In this document: positions 41,762 to 55,749 of the stretch, one piece after another
Position numbering within the stretch: position 1 is the first letter of the stretch
Layout of the letters: the number at the start of each line of letters is the position of its first letter
NCBI RefSeq assembly: GCF_009914755.1
Contig: NC_060933.1
Length of the DNA: 64,000 nucleotides
Strand: one strand, 5' to 3'
Source of the DNA: the human T2T-CHM13v2.0 reference genome, Homo sapiens
Translations under genes and position numbers: made by a program
Notes under the pieces: model-generated
The model's database searches: none
The model's input: the letters and a program-made list of their open reading frames with translations, nothing else
What the model was told of the DNA's origin: nothing

Positions 41762-43169
41762 TTGCATTGCATTTCTATTACACATGTTTCCTTAGACAGT
41801 ATTGTCTGTATTATATATGATTTATTAAGGTTTCTTTGGCCTAGTAACATCACTGTTTTTAGTTAAGATTGAATGCATGCTTAAAGAGATTGGGAATTCT
41901 CTATTCACAATTCACACCAAATGGATACCTTTGGAGTAACTAGTAGTAACCAAATAGTTACCTGAAGATTGAGGGGAGCTGGGAGGAGGTGGAGTTGGAG
42001 ATCGGATAAGAGTTTCAAGGGGAACTTTGAATTTTCTGCATGTTTGAATCCATTTTTCCCCCATTAAGACATATTAATTATAGTTTGGAAAATAAAATGT
42101 AGTTTTTTTATTTCCAACTACTACATGCATTCCAGTGCTACAGTCATATAGTCAGACTTACTTATCCACCTTCAGGATTCCTATTTATCTCCTATACATA
42201 TGGGTAAGCATCCCACACATAAGGATCTGAAAACAAGTCTACAGTTCTGAAATCTTAATTTTCTCGTAAAAGATTTCTTCATTAGAAACATCTTTTAATA
42301 CTATCCCTTTTATATCATCTGGCATCATATTGTGAGAATAACATCAAGTCTGTACTTCACATGTGAAATAATACCAGATTTTCATACATGTAATTTGATC
42401 AAAACATTGTGTACTCCAGGGAAATGTCTGAAGCTTTATCTTGTATTCATAAAACTGGTATGTTACCCACAGATCTTCAGTCTGTCAATAGTATAGCAAT
42501 ATTATACAGGAACCTGCTGTTTATGCTAGTTTAAGTTCATTGCTTGTGCTAGCCTCAGTTATCTTCCATAACTCACAATTATTAGAAACCACATTCAGTT
42601 GTCTCATAGGTGTCTGATTTGTAGTTAAATATTTTCCATGCCTTATAGTTACAATGAAAGATACTGACCTTTAGAACCAGGTAAATTTGGCCTGTGGTAG
42701 AAAAAGTTGTACATTCCTAGATTAAGCAAGCATGAATTTTCAAACTATAACCATAGAGCATTAGAGAGCAATGCAGAGCTCTAGGGAATGAAGGTAAGAA
42801 GATTTGAAATCTCTGCATTTAAATAAAAGCCTCCTGGCTTCTGTGCCCTGATTAAGTTAAATTATATGCCTATAAAGCATATTTTCATGCTTAGCATTAT
42901 CAATTTACTTTCTATTTGACAGTCTATGAAATGTGTCATATCAAAAATTGGCATAATTCTAGCTGATATTAACCTGTCACTGTGATTATCAGTTATACTT
43001 CAGTGATTGCATCATTAGTGGGAAATGCCTAATTGCTATAATTTTTTTTTAAAATAGGTTACAGGTAAACTAACCCAGATAAAATGGCAACCCATTCTTT
43101 GGAATGAATCCTTACTTACTTAGCTATTTACAAATGCAGATGAGAAAAAAAATATGGAAAGCCGGAAAG

Positions 43170-43340
43170 ACAACTGGCTTCATATTTAGAATTCAGAACC
43201 TATTACAAGATGTATTATGAACTTGCATGACCTTGAACGAAGCATTTTATGTTGTAAAGTCTAAATTTCCACATCTTTAAAATGAAGATTGGATTGAACT
43301 GTCTTTTAAGTCCTCTGTAGCCCTAAAATCTTCTGACTTT
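43170..43340 (+). mobile_element. MIR3/MIRc
   Basis: TGACCTTGAAC...TTTCCACATCTTTAAAATGAAG...TTTAAGTCCTCTGTAGCCCTAAAATC. Confidence 0.55.
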
Positions 43341-44139
43341 CAATCATTACTAGTACTGCATTTTTAAATTCAACAAAGATATATGATATATTCTATTACT
43401 TGAACATGGTTTATTTCTGCTAGAAGCTTTGCATTTTCTCAAAGATGTGTCATTTTGATCATATTTTTATGCAAATTTTATGTCCATGTAGTGATTATTT
43501 TAATATAAATAGACATTCTGGGGATAGGATTCAAATGTTTATCAAATAGGTTTTCTTTTTTTAATTTGCCTGTTTGAATATAATATCCCTAAAGTTATTG
43601 CTGATCAAACAGCATCCAGCCAACTGATAAATTCCTAACACCTGATCCAAACACACATCTGCCAAAGATTTTCAGAAGCAGATGTAGAAGTTTTTATTCG
43701 TTTTTGTTGTTGTTTTGACAATCTTTATTGGCATAGTAATAGAGGTATTTTTGTTTCAGGGTTATAGTGACATTGACACGTATCTACTTAAATAAATTAG
43801 CATTCTAATCTCTCATTGACATTTGGTTGGAATAACATATTCATATGTCAGCGTGAACTGACCCAAGCAATTCCAGTAAAATCCATGAGCAATACAAGAT
43901 GTACTGTTATGTGTGCTTGCTACTAAAATGGAGTAGTGTTGGGTTGACATCTATTGCCCTACAACTGATTTTTGTATGTTCATGTGCTGAATATTAAATC
44001 ATAACACAGAACAAAAGCATAAGTAAGTACAGAGGAGAAAAGAAAGCTTTTATTATTTTATTACTGTTTTATTATTTACGAAAATATGATTACTGGCACT
44101 ATTTCTAAAAGCTGTTTTCAATGGAGATTCTACAGAATA

Positions 44140-44405
44140 ACTGTTAAGTCCTTTTATTCAGTTTACAAGGCCATTCATGTTCTGACCTTGCCCAGCTCTT
44201 AGACCTTGTTTTGTTACCTTCTATTTCTTCATTTCTCATATTATCACAACCACACTGACCTATTTTATTTAGAGTTTTCTGAATACGTCTTGCTTTCATG
44301 TCTCTGAGCCTCCTTGCTGTCCCCTCTGCCTGGCATGTTGTTCCTTTCTTGCTTACCTGACAAACTCCTATTTATCTCATAGTTTCAGCTCCAAGACTTC
44401 TTCAT
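44140..44405 (+). mobile_element. L2 fragment
   Basis: ACAAGGCCATTCATGTTCTGACC...CCACACTGACCT...GCTGTCCCCTCTGCCTGG...AACTCCTATTTATC. Confidence 0.65.
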
Positions 44406-44541
44406 TCATCCACTCTTTTCTTCAAGCAATATTTATCTGATGTAGATGCTTGGAATAGTCCTGAGAGCTTATGATTAAAAAAAAATCCAAACAAATATAA
44501 ATAGTCTGAGAGTTCTATTAAGGGGAAATACACAGTGTTAT

Positions 44542-44859
44542 TGTTACTGGAAAAGGGTCCTGATCCAGACTCCAAGAGAGGGTTCGTGGATCTCATGCAA
44601 GAAAGAATTTGAAGAGAGTCCATATAGCAAAGTGAAGGCAAGTTTATTAGGAAAGTAAAGGAATAAAAGAATGGCTACTCCATAGGCAGAGCAGCAGTAT
44701 GGGCCACTGGTTGCCCATTTTTATGGATATTTCCTGATCACATGCAAAGAGTGCATTATTCATGCACTTTTTAGACCATATAGGGTAAGTTCTTCAAATT
44801 GTCATGGCATTTGTAAACTGACATGGCACTGGTGAGAGTGTAGCAGTGAGGACAACCAG
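44542..44859 (-). mobile_element. MER41A LTR, 3' half only
   Basis: Plus strand TGTTACTGGAAAAGGGTCCTGATCCAGACTCCAAGAGAGGGTTC...GGCTACTCCATAGGCAGAGCAGC...GTGTAGCAGTGAGGACAACCAG. Confidence 0.88.
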
Positions 44860-44879
44860 CAGTGAAGGCAGGGAAGGCA

Positions 44880-45222
44880 TAGTGGATGCTGTGGTGTAGC
44901 AACCAGATATACCCTTCAGGACTAAGACTATTACTCACCTAACTGCTGGGAGTATTGGCAACCAGCAGCTCACAGCTGATACCAAATTTGAGAATTGCCC
45001 TTAACCAAAGGGAACTTACCTTGTCTAAATTAACAATCCTCTTCCTGGGGCAGATCGGTGTGGAGTAGGCGGGTGAAAAGACCTGGCCCTTTGCATCAAT
45101 CACTGGCCTTTGCAATTTCCTATAGGATTATCTGAGGCCTCTGATGCAATGGCATCACAGCGCAACCTCTGCCCAATTCTACTTCTCTCATACCTTTTCA
45201 GACTTGATCCTCAGAGCATTCT
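44880..45222 (+). mobile_element. LTR16-family ERVL LTR
   Basis: CCCTTCAGGACT...CTGCTGGGAGT...GAGAATTGCCC...CCTGGGGCAG...TCTGCCCAATTCT. Confidence 0.65.
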
Positions 45223-46069
45223 TTTGTTATCGTTGTTTTTTTAAAGCACCAAGTTTTGAGGTGATTTGTTTCATATTAGTAAATAACTAATGCTTCTTCC
45301 CTAGTCCCTCTACGCATTCAAACAACTAAGGTTTCTGCTTGTTCTTCTCCTTATTTGGATCTATTAAGCACTCCCTATCCCAGTTTATTAAAAGATACAT
45401 TTCATTATTTTCATCCCTCCTGGCAAGGAGAATTTAAGTTACCATATTAAATGCTTAGGTTCACATGGCCAGTAAGTGGCTCTGCTATTATTAAAACTGC
45501 AGCTAAACTCTTATGCTATATACTGTCTCACATGCCCTGGACAATGAAGTGCAACTGAAGTACTTTAAACAAAGGAATGACTATTTCTATTCAACAGTGT
45601 GCTGAATAGGGTAGTCAGTGACATCATACAATAAAGAGAAATTAGGTACAAAAAAATAAGACAGAAAAACATGACCTTGAATGCAGATGTAAAGCATGTC
45701 TACATGTATATTTCATGTTTCAGGCCACAACAAACAATAAGGATTTCCAAAATCCACTGATAAGCAGAGTTACGGTTAGAAAGACCTATTGTTATCTTGA
45801 ACTCCCTTTTGTGAGGTTTCCTAAAATATTAGAAAAGCTGTCTATTCTTTTTTAGGTAATATTGATTGTGGTTAGGAAGTACAATGCCACTAGTGCAGTC
45901 TGACTGATTTGGGAAAGAATATATGCAGAAAGAGCTTTCTAAATATTAGGTTAAGTATCTCTTAATTTTTTTGTGTCTAAGTTCTCTATATGAACTCCCA
46001 CCCACCTTATTTATTTCCATCCCTGGCTGATTATGATAAAAGCCTCTGTCCATTGGAAGCATTTCTATT

Positions 46070-47150
46070 GACTTTTAGATCAAGCAACATGGCTGATTAA
46101 ACTAACATAGACTTCTTCCCTCTTGAACACAAGGAACCATTAGATAGAATAGAAATACAACAATAAAAATACAGAGAAATATATAACTGAGTTTTTAAAA
46201 GAGAAAGAAAACATTTTATTTTTTATCTTTCCTTTTTTAGACTTAGTATGTATATTTTTGTTATTATTGCTACCAAAATGAAAATGAAACCCAAGGTGAT
46301 GCTGTAACAACTCACGGGGAATTTTGTTAGATGAGGGCCTTACAAATACATGAGGCTTCAACACATATCTGGAGACAACAAATGTGGCCATGGACCCATT
46401 TGAGGCAAAGAGCTATGACTGAGGATCTTATATACATACAGAACCGTAAAAGATCTGCGTATTCACTGACAAAACTAAAGCAACAATCCAGAAACCCACA
46501 ATCCAGAAACAAAGAGAAGGAAATATATCTCTATCTTGAAAGGGTTCAGTTCAGAGTTAAAAATAGTATGCACTCAAGAACAGGTTTCATGATCCTATTT
46601 AGATTAACTATATACGTCCAGACCCCAAACAAGAACTTACATAAAAACAATTCTTGAATCATTGCAAGACGTAGGGAATTCAGCAAGAAGAAAAATGTAA
46701 AACTATTTTCTAGCTAATAATTTGTTAATGAGGGGCACACTAAAAAGGGAAATAATCCATTCTAAAGGAGATTCGCAGACATTATAAGTAGAAGGATTTG
46801 TGTCTCTAGAAAAACTAAATTAAAAGAAAATATGAAATAGACTATTAAATATTTTAAAGTTTAGATAAAGCAATTGATGTAACAAAAATGAACAGGAAAA
46901 TGTGCGAAAGAAGACAATAGAATATCTAAAACTAAATGCTTTATATTTATCGAAATTATAAATTCAATGAAAGATTTAAATAGCACATTAGACACAGCAA
47001 TTTCTGAAGTGGAAAAAAAGATATCTAAGGACTTGACTAAGTTGAAGAGCAAAGCACAAATACCGTGGAAGAGAGGTCTGATAGTACTGAGTTAAAATTT
47101 ACATTGGTGAAGTAATAATTTCTACAAGGCAGAGAAGATTTTTTAAGATT
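46070..47150 (+). mobile_element. Ancient L1 (L1ME/HAL1-like) 5'/ORF1 remnant
   Basis: GAAATTATAAATTCAATGAAAGATTTAAATAGCACATTAGACACAGC...TCTGAAGTGGAA resembles the ORF1 coiled-coil coding region (EIKNS..GLNSRLDTAEE). Confidence 0.5.
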
Positions 47151-47535
47151 AAACACACCTAGTTGATATCATAGTGCAAATTTCCAAGGCAGTCAATATA
47201 ATCCCACCTACCATCCTACCATAAGGCATGCAAGAAAGACCCCTGGCCAATGTATTAGGGAACTACATGAAATATGCAGTGACTAAGCATGAATAGGTTC
47301 TGTATTACAAGGACTTAATAGTAGTCTGCTAGATACAAGAGTAGCGCAAGTTACAGACGTGCACTAAATGTTGTGTGCCTAACTAAAGTCTGATATTTGA
47401 AAAATAGTTGCTAGAAACCCTGAGATTAATCTGCCTTAGTATATCAGTCTTCATCAAAATAAGAAGCTATTCTGGTACAAATAATGGAAGTGATTTAAAA
47501 TAACCATCACTATGTTATATAAAAGAGTATCAGCA

Positions 47536-47786
47536 TCTGGGACTACAGCCGCCCGCCACCATGCCCGGCTAATTTTTTGTAATTTTAGCAGAGACGGGGT
47601 TTCACCGTGTTAGCCAGGATGGTCTTTATCTCTTGACCTCGTGATCCACCCGCCTTGGCCTCGAAGGCTGAGGCAGGAGAATGGCGTGAACCTGGGAGGC
47701 AGAGCTGGCAGTGAGCCTAGATGGCACCACTGCACTCTAGCCTGGGCGACAGAGCGAGACTCCGTCTCAAAAAAAAAAAAAAAAAG
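47536..47786 (+). mobile_element. AluY with inverted 5' segment (47536-47662 antisense; 47663-47786 sense plus A-tail)
   Basis: Both parts carry AluY diagnostics (TTAGCCAGGATGGTC; GAATGGCGTGAACC). TSD AAAAGAGTATCAGCA 47521-47535 and AAACGAGTATCAGTA 47787-47801. Confidence 0.9.
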
Positions 47787-47830
47787 AAACGAGTATCAGT
47801 ATAATGCAGAGTCAAGAATCATAACAGTAA

Positions 47831-48220
<390 letters not shown>

Positions 48221-49619
48221 TAGGATTGGAAGTTATTACTACATTGGAAAATTCTCACCATATGAATTCATTACAAATATATTTATATATTAAATTTTAT
48301 ATAATGTATTTCATGCTTACTGTTTTTATATTTCATAGTTATATTAATCAGCATAATCTGATTTTGTAGTCATTTTATTCTAAGTTAAAAATGGCTCCTT
48401 CTGCTATTATTAAAGAAAAATAACTAAACCAAGTAGACAAAAATGAAAATTACAGAGAAACTTGTTTCTCATAGAAGAAAGCCTCTGTCTCAAACAGAGA
48501 GGGGTAGTCTTATTACACTTGTCCCATAATCCTCACCTATGACCTTGAGCTCTTATAACATATTATTTGGAAACAGAATGACTACGCAAAAGTATATTAT
48601 GAAATACACTTCTCCGTGAAATACCAAGGATGGCAAAAAATGAAGATCATCAAGGACTAATCCACTGACTGATTAAGGAATACACTATTGCTCATTGAGA
48701 TTACCTTGAGACAATTAATTATTTCCTATTTGTAGGCAGAAATATCTTTGGGTTGTTACTGACAAGCTCATTTGGAATACAAAGAAAACCAAGTATGGTG
48801 TCAGTTTATGTAAAATGAATGTACCGTATAAAATATGGAAGACCTAAGCTCAATGTATAACATATCTAGCTTTATCTGTGCTCACCCTATTAATTTCATG
48901 TACCTCTGTCAACTTTAAAGGTGATTTATATGGCCTTATACAAATAGCCATATGAGAAATAGGTCTAAATAGTGTTTATTTCCTCTGTTTGCTGCATTCT
49001 TGTCCTCAAATGTTTTTATAGTTTGCTATGTCTGCTTTGAAAATTTGCAAAATTCCATGTCATGGGTGTTGAAAGTGTATTGCTACACTGCGTTTACATA
49101 GTTCAGCATTCTGTTAATATGTATTTCTAAGGCTTTTAATATAGCAAATTGTTTGTACACTTTCAATTGATGTGATACATTAGATTTTTAAAAAATCAAT
49201 CTAAGTTTTAGCATTATGTTTATTAAATTTCCCATTGTAGCCACTCACCTTCGCAACTTATATGTTTACAAAACTATTAGTATGAAATGATAAACCTCAT
49301 TGTTAAATTATCTTTAAAGAGATAATTATGTCTATTTTTAAAAATGTAATAAAAATTCCGAGCAACGTGAGAAAGTGGAAAATTGGGATCTCAGGATCAT
49401 CTGGAATAGAACTGTGGGTAGTTTATCTTCTCAGCTGTCTCCTAGCATTATCCTTAATCTGCTTCCTAGGCGTCTGAGCTCCTCCATGTAAGACTGAAAA
49501 TGTATTTCAACATCTAACTTGTATTATTACTTTCTCAGTTTGTTACCTGCATTCATGATAATGGTTGAAGTTTTGAGTCTCTGGTCAGTAAGATCATTGA
49601 ATTTTTAGTTACACTATGA

Positions 49620-49900
49620 CATAATGATTATTCTCCCCATTTTACAGCTCATGGAACTAAGGATCCAAAACGCTAAGTTGTTCATCTCAGGTTACAGTGC
49701 TTATGAATGAGTAGCATAATCCAAAAGGAGCAAGAGTCAGGCATTTGAATTCTAGACCTGGTTGTTCTCCAATAGAGTCTACATTAGGGCTTTGGAAAGT
49801 CATTCATTCTCCCTGTGATTTTTCTCAAATATCTGTGAAATGAACTTCTAGACTCCAGATCTGTTAATGGTTTCTTCAAGCCCTAAAATATTAGGAAGAC
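49620..49900. mobile_element. Two opposed MIR fragments
   Basis: CCCCATTTTACAG...AACTAAGG on minus, then GAGTCAGG...TTCTAGACCTGG...ATCTGTGAAATGA...GCCCTAAAAT on plus. Confidence 0.55.
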
Positions 49901-50899
49901 TCTTACATAAATAGTATGAATAATGAAACATTCAACCATCTGAAAATGAAGTTATTCAAGATGGGATAGAAGAAAGGAGCATTGTGTACTTATCAAAGCC
50001 CTTTATTTTTATGTTGCATATTTTTACTTGTTCTCTCAGTTTCATGTAACATTATATATTTTAATGAAGATTACGTATTAAATAAGTTGTACTTATTAAA
50101 AATGTTACTAAGCATGAGTTTTAAATGACTACATGAAACTTAGAATTTTAAAACTCTGAAACACTTTTATGTCAGATCATTAGTAATGATTCTGGTGTCA
50201 GGAAATGTGGTGTCTATAACTAGCCATGTGTAATGCTGCACCTGTGTCAAGATGAAAGTAAATGGATACGTAAGCTTCTGTAGAGTCTCATGCTGAGTTT
50301 GTTCAGCCTGTTTCTGTAAATATATCTGTCTCTTACATCTGTTTTCTTCAAATACGAAAATCCACAGCTAAGTGTCTCGGAAACAAAATAGAATGATGAA
50401 CAGAATACTCAGAGAGCAGGGACCATAGTCTCTAAATACTGTGACATTCTTCTAACATGGGAACTGTACATACTTCACTCATTTTTCTTCAGAAAACAAA
50501 AGGGAAAATATTTTAAAAGTGCAGAATAACAACCTAAATACCATACTGTATTAGATGCATGGGTTATTATTCTGCCTTCAAATCCTTCAATTTTAGTGAA
50601 ATATAGTGTTCTTATGCAATGTGATCTGTGAAGTAAGGATTGTAAAGGAAGAAAGCAACAGTAAATACATATATGTGCGTCTGTGTGTGCATATGTATAT
50701 AGTAAAAATAAATATAAAATTAAAATATTATGTATAGATGTGTTTGTGTTTGTATGCTTATATGTAATATCTTGCATGTATTTACTATCTTACTATTTTT
50801 ATCACATATAAAAAGAAATTTCTTATTCCTGCTTGCAAGGGCAATCGAAATCTAACATAGAAACTAGTGGACATTCACGATCAAATCTATATAATGATG

Positions 50900-51070
50900 A
50901 TAAGTTGTCTAACATTTCTAACATCTTTGTGCCTGTTTCTTCATTTATAAAGTGAGGGTAACAACAGCACTTCCATATAGATAGGGTCATTTTGCAGGTT
51001 AAATGGTTAATGTATGTAAAGCAGTACCAGGCATTTAGTAAGCTCTAAATAAATATTAAATGTAATTCTC
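50900..51070 (+). mobile_element. MIR
   Basis: GCCTGTTTCTTCATTTATAAAGTGAGGGTAACAACAGCAC...TAATGTATGTAAAGCA. Confidence 0.7.
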
Positions 51071-51999
51071 AAGATATCATCATCATCATCATCATCATGA
51101 ATTACCATTTAATTCTGAAGGTAAGAAATACTCTTTTAAATATGTATGTTAAGTAACTTGGCACGTTGACCTTGTCAGCACTGTTTATATTTTATTCACT
51201 GATGGTCAGGTTTACATCTAGGAGACAGAAGAAGTTAAATTGTTTTATAATGTATGCTACTCTGTGTTGAAAGTCCTGTGAGAGTCACTGAAACAGATGG
51301 GCAAAACTTGTTTTCTGTGTAAATCTACAAGAATTGTTCCTGGAGAGTTGAGAAAGGTTAGTTAATTCACGCAGAAACCTAAGATGTACATATGCAGAAC
51401 AAATTAGTACAGTGGTCTGCCAAACATGTTTTTGTTTTCCTGCCTCAAGATAGAGAATTCTATGTGACATTAATGTATGTTCATCTCACTGTAAAGAACC
51501 ATTATCACAGGCCTCATTTAATGTCACTGAATCAGTGTGTTGGGAAACCAAGGTCAACATATAGACAAGGATAAAACATAGTGAAAATTTTCTAGAACAT
51601 TATAAATCGAAAAGATAGTCTAAGAAAGATATTTTCCTAATATTTAAGCTGACACTGCTATGTGAAGTGTTTTGAGACTTTTTGGGTCATGATTTCTTAT
51701 TGGCTTATTTAGGATTTTCCCATTTCCTATTATACTTGACAACCATCTATAGTTTAATATTGAAGTTTATTTTCAGGATTCTTGTATCAGGTTTACATTA
51801 TTATTATAAAACCATTAGATAGTTTTCTGTATTTCTTCATGCTCTAGAAGAAAAATTATAGTATTGAAAATGCTATTTTCAAATGCGAAAGTTTAATGCG
51901 TTTCCTAACCCATTTGCTCTGAGTTTATCTCAATAGTTCCTAGTGTATTTTTCTATATTTAACATCTACATTTCTTTGATTCAATTTAGAACAGGATTT

Positions 52000-52137
52000 T
52001 GTAGATGTTAAACACATCTATGAAAGACCTTCACAGCAACATTACAACAGCTAGACTACTGTTTGACCAAACAACTGGTCACCATAGCCTAGCTAAGTTG
52101 AGAAAAAAAAAAAAAAAAAATCATCATCATCATCACA
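52000..52137 (-). mobile_element. MLT2 (ERVL) LTR terminal fragment with internal A-run and (TCA)n
   Basis: ACCTTCACAGCAACA...CTAGACTACTGTTTGACCAAACAACTGGTCACCATAGCCTAGCTAAGTTGA. Confidence 0.75.
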
Positions 52138-52186
52138 CCTATACCTAGCTTTTGGGAGTTTAAATGATGAAACTTTTTTTGAGGAC

Positions 52187-52640
52187 TGTATCTGTTAGCT
52201 TAGCCTAGGTTACGTTATGATAACTAATTATGTGGAGTGTGAGAGTTGGATAAAAACGTGTTTATTTCTCACATGCCTACCCATCTTTCTTGAGTTGGCT
52301 GCAGCTTTTCTCTGTATCATCTTCATCTTAGGACCCAGCTTGCTGTAGCAACCTCTATCTGGAAGCATTACCAGTCTTACAGCAGAAGGAGAAAATAAAT
52401 AATGAATCCCAAGCTGGTTCTTAAGTTTTGCTTATGTCACTTGTATTCACAATGCACTATCCATAGTGTATCACATAGCCAAGCCTGATGTGAAGGTGGA
52501 GGAGAGGACATGTCATCTTCTTTCCACGCAGAGCTCAGCAGGTCACATGGTCAAACTTGCCATCAATGGGACAGGGATGTATAACCACTGCTTAAGAAAG
52601 GGGAAGCAAATAATGTGAAGAATAATATTGTCGATCCTAA
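52187..52640 (-). mobile_element. Old MaLR LTR (MLT1I/J-like)
   Basis: TTTATTTCTCAC...GGACCCAG...CTCTATCTGGA...TCACATAGCCAAGCCTGA...GTCACATGGTCAAACTTG. Confidence 0.6.
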
Positions 52641-53708
52641 GTGCAATTTTTAATGAGTATAACCAAGTGTTTTTAAATTCAGATAGTTTTAACCTTCTAT
52701 AAAATTCCTAGTGGACATTCAAAATGCAAACAAGGACCTATGGGAAGTAATGTCAACTTCAATATTTTCCATTTTAATATGGAAAATATTTTAAAATGTT
52801 TTTAAAGGCATGAACATGGTTAGTAGTTTTAAATTGATTCTCCTACTTACTTTCTTAGATACTCATCAATTCTATAAATAGTAAGTTTAGTAAATATGGC
52901 TTTATGGAATATAAATTATTCAAAATAAAGATATCAAATCATTATAGGTGTTGCAGTCTTCTCACCTCCCCCTAACCTGATCCTCATTAATTATAATAGA
53001 AATTAGCATGGAAATGTAAAAATAAGGAAAAAAATTTACCTTACCATTGGAAGCTAGCAAAAGTTTCCAAATTCTAGAAAATGTGAAGAATGTTTGCTGT
53101 ATATAATATGGACTGTGTCATTTTAGGAAATAACCTAGCAGGCAGCTTTCTATTCACTTTCTATGAAAGAATCATGACCTCTCTGCAATAAAGGGGATTC
53201 TGTACTTCAGGGGTAATTCTACAGTTTTGGACATGTGAGGTTGTAGATGAGAATAGGATACGTAAAATATATAAATTATTTTATTTGAAGACCCTTTGTT
53301 ACTGTAGAATATAGAATTTGAGAGTATCTGAGCAGATTGATACAAGGACTGGGTCCACATCCTCAAACACAAAGGTGGTAATAACAGTTGTGTCAGTTTT
53401 ATCTCTAAGCAACAAGACAATCTCTTTTAATAGCGCAAGAAAAGAAGTTAGAAATAATTTTAGGAATTATTTTACTGTTCGAGGAAGACTGAGTTCTAGA
53501 AGTTTACATAAAAAATAATGACAGAATTATGAAAGTAGACAAGATTTTTCCAGAAGCAGCAAAAAGCAAAATGAAGCATCGGGGGGGCCGGGCGGGGAAG
53601 TGCAAACATTATGACAGTTCAATGCCCCCCTATCTTTTATTAAAGAAGGCTTATAAAATAATAGAGATGAACAACTCAATATAAAAATGGTCAACAGAAC
53701 ATCACAGA

Positions 53709-53752
53709 CACACACACACGCACACACACACCACCACACACACACACACACA
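53709..53752. repeat. Interrupted (CA)n microsatellite
   Basis: Direct reading. Confidence 0.9.
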
Positions 53753-55749
53753 GAATAACAGACATCTCAATAGGAAATAGGTTTAGTGGTTGCCCTTACC
53801 ATGGTCCCAAAGGAAGCTGTGATTTGAATAATTCTCTTTGCTCCAGATTCTCCCTTGGATGAAATGGTGCAGTTATGCTTAGGCTTTTTCTGATCTCATA
53901 GAGGTAAATCTACTTCTGCCCTTACCACAGTAGGTAATTTGTCTCCGGCATTTATCCAGGTGGATAGAAAGAAATAACTTGGACTCCACTCAGAGCAATT
54001 TTGTTTTATGCTTCCAAATAGGAACACAGCTTTATTTTCAATCCAAATATGATTCTTGGCTTAAGGCCCTGCCCTATATTTATTTCAAGACCTCAAGCCC
54101 AAAGGCCTGCTGTATCTTTTCCCAGTTCCCTGTGGGTTGTGCACTTTCAGTTCCCATTTATTACTCTGAGTTTTCTGTTTCAGTTATATAGTGCTTTTCA
54201 TTTCTGGATTTCAAATATGGCTATCTACATGTATGTAAATGTGTACTTTAATGCAAAATGATTATGACTTAGTAAGAGACGAAGATTTTGGGTAAGCCAT
54301 CTTGAGCTAAACTCTCAGTACTCTTTGTATTACATAAAGATACTGTTACAGATCAAAAGTTTTATATTTTTTCTCGTTTTATTCTCTCTATTCCATAAGG
54401 GACTCCCAATGCTTCCAAATTTGCTGCCTCTGCTCCCAGGTACTAGCTTCTGTTTCCAATATTAGTCCAAATTTTATGTTGACTCAATTTGCAAGAACTT
54501 TTCCCCAGCTTTTCCAGACAGTTTGTGCATTTTTTTTGTTCCTTTTAGATCTTTTTACTTTATCTGGATATGCCTGAGTGCTATATAAAGATTCAGGGGT
54601 CTCACAAAAAAGAAATCTGAAGTTTACATTTTAACTGACTGCTCACGTTTCTTAAATTAATTGTAATGCAGAGTATAGTTTGGCAGAGGACTGAAAAATG
54701 AAATATATTCAAGCTTACTAGTTGTGCAAGGAAATATATATATTTTTAAGATGACTGAAATATAATATTAAGTATGGTGATGAGCTGTGTGCAATCTAAT
54801 GTAATGTTTCCCCCAGTAATATTTGGATATGGAAAGATATATGGAAAGAACTCTGATATTTTAATACATCCATCATGAAAATATTTGTTGGGTCAGTAAG
54901 GTAATAACCAGAGAATAATGAATATTTGTTTAAACACAATCTTCTTAGTATGCAAAGACAGAATGTGAAAATAGGAAATATATTGTGTAAAAGTTTTAAA
55001 ATTACATTGAATTCTCTATAGAAAAGAGATTATATATATTTATGCAGATCATTAAAAATAAGAAAAAGCTACACACATTCAAGTGTCCCTAATTAGTATA
55101 TATGGTATACTGTGTGAAAAGGTTTGGCAAAGATAAATCCTGGATGCTTTACAAGTGTTCACTAGTCATCAACAATTATTCATATCTAAAAGTTAGCGAA
55201 ACTCACCCAGAGGGAGTGCCTGAGGGTTAGCACTATTCATGACCTCCCTGGATATGTCTATCACAGTTGTGATGCATTTACTCAACATGTTGATCCCTTT
55301 TCCTTAAAAAAGAACAAAATCTGGACCTGGAACTAATACCCACATTTTTTCTAGTAAATGCTGACTAAATGTGTTTAAAGCTTATAAATATTCCATTTAT
55401 TTAAACAACCAGGAGTCAAGATTTCCTGTAAAACAATACTCCAAAACAGCCTTTATCTTTGAGGTTGATTCCCTGTGTGAATCCCCTTATTCCTGGTTAT
55501 TTTTGTAATATTATCCTGATACTGCCCAATGACTTAAGAATAAAAATACTTACCACTTAACCTACAGACTTGAGCTCATAAAAAAGTTTAGCAGAAATTT
55601 GCATCCTCTGCTCCAAAACTTAGAACTATTAAAATTGGCAGCCGGTATGTCTCTGCTAAATACTAAAGCCCGTTTTTCTTCCCACTGTTATTTGGATGGC
55701 CAATCTTGGTAACAATTAATGTAATTAGAAAGTTGCATTGAAAGTTTAC

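Noticed and set aside
46331-46657. 108-aa ORF
   Set aside because: It lies within a decayed ancient L1-like remnant and has no recognisable homology.
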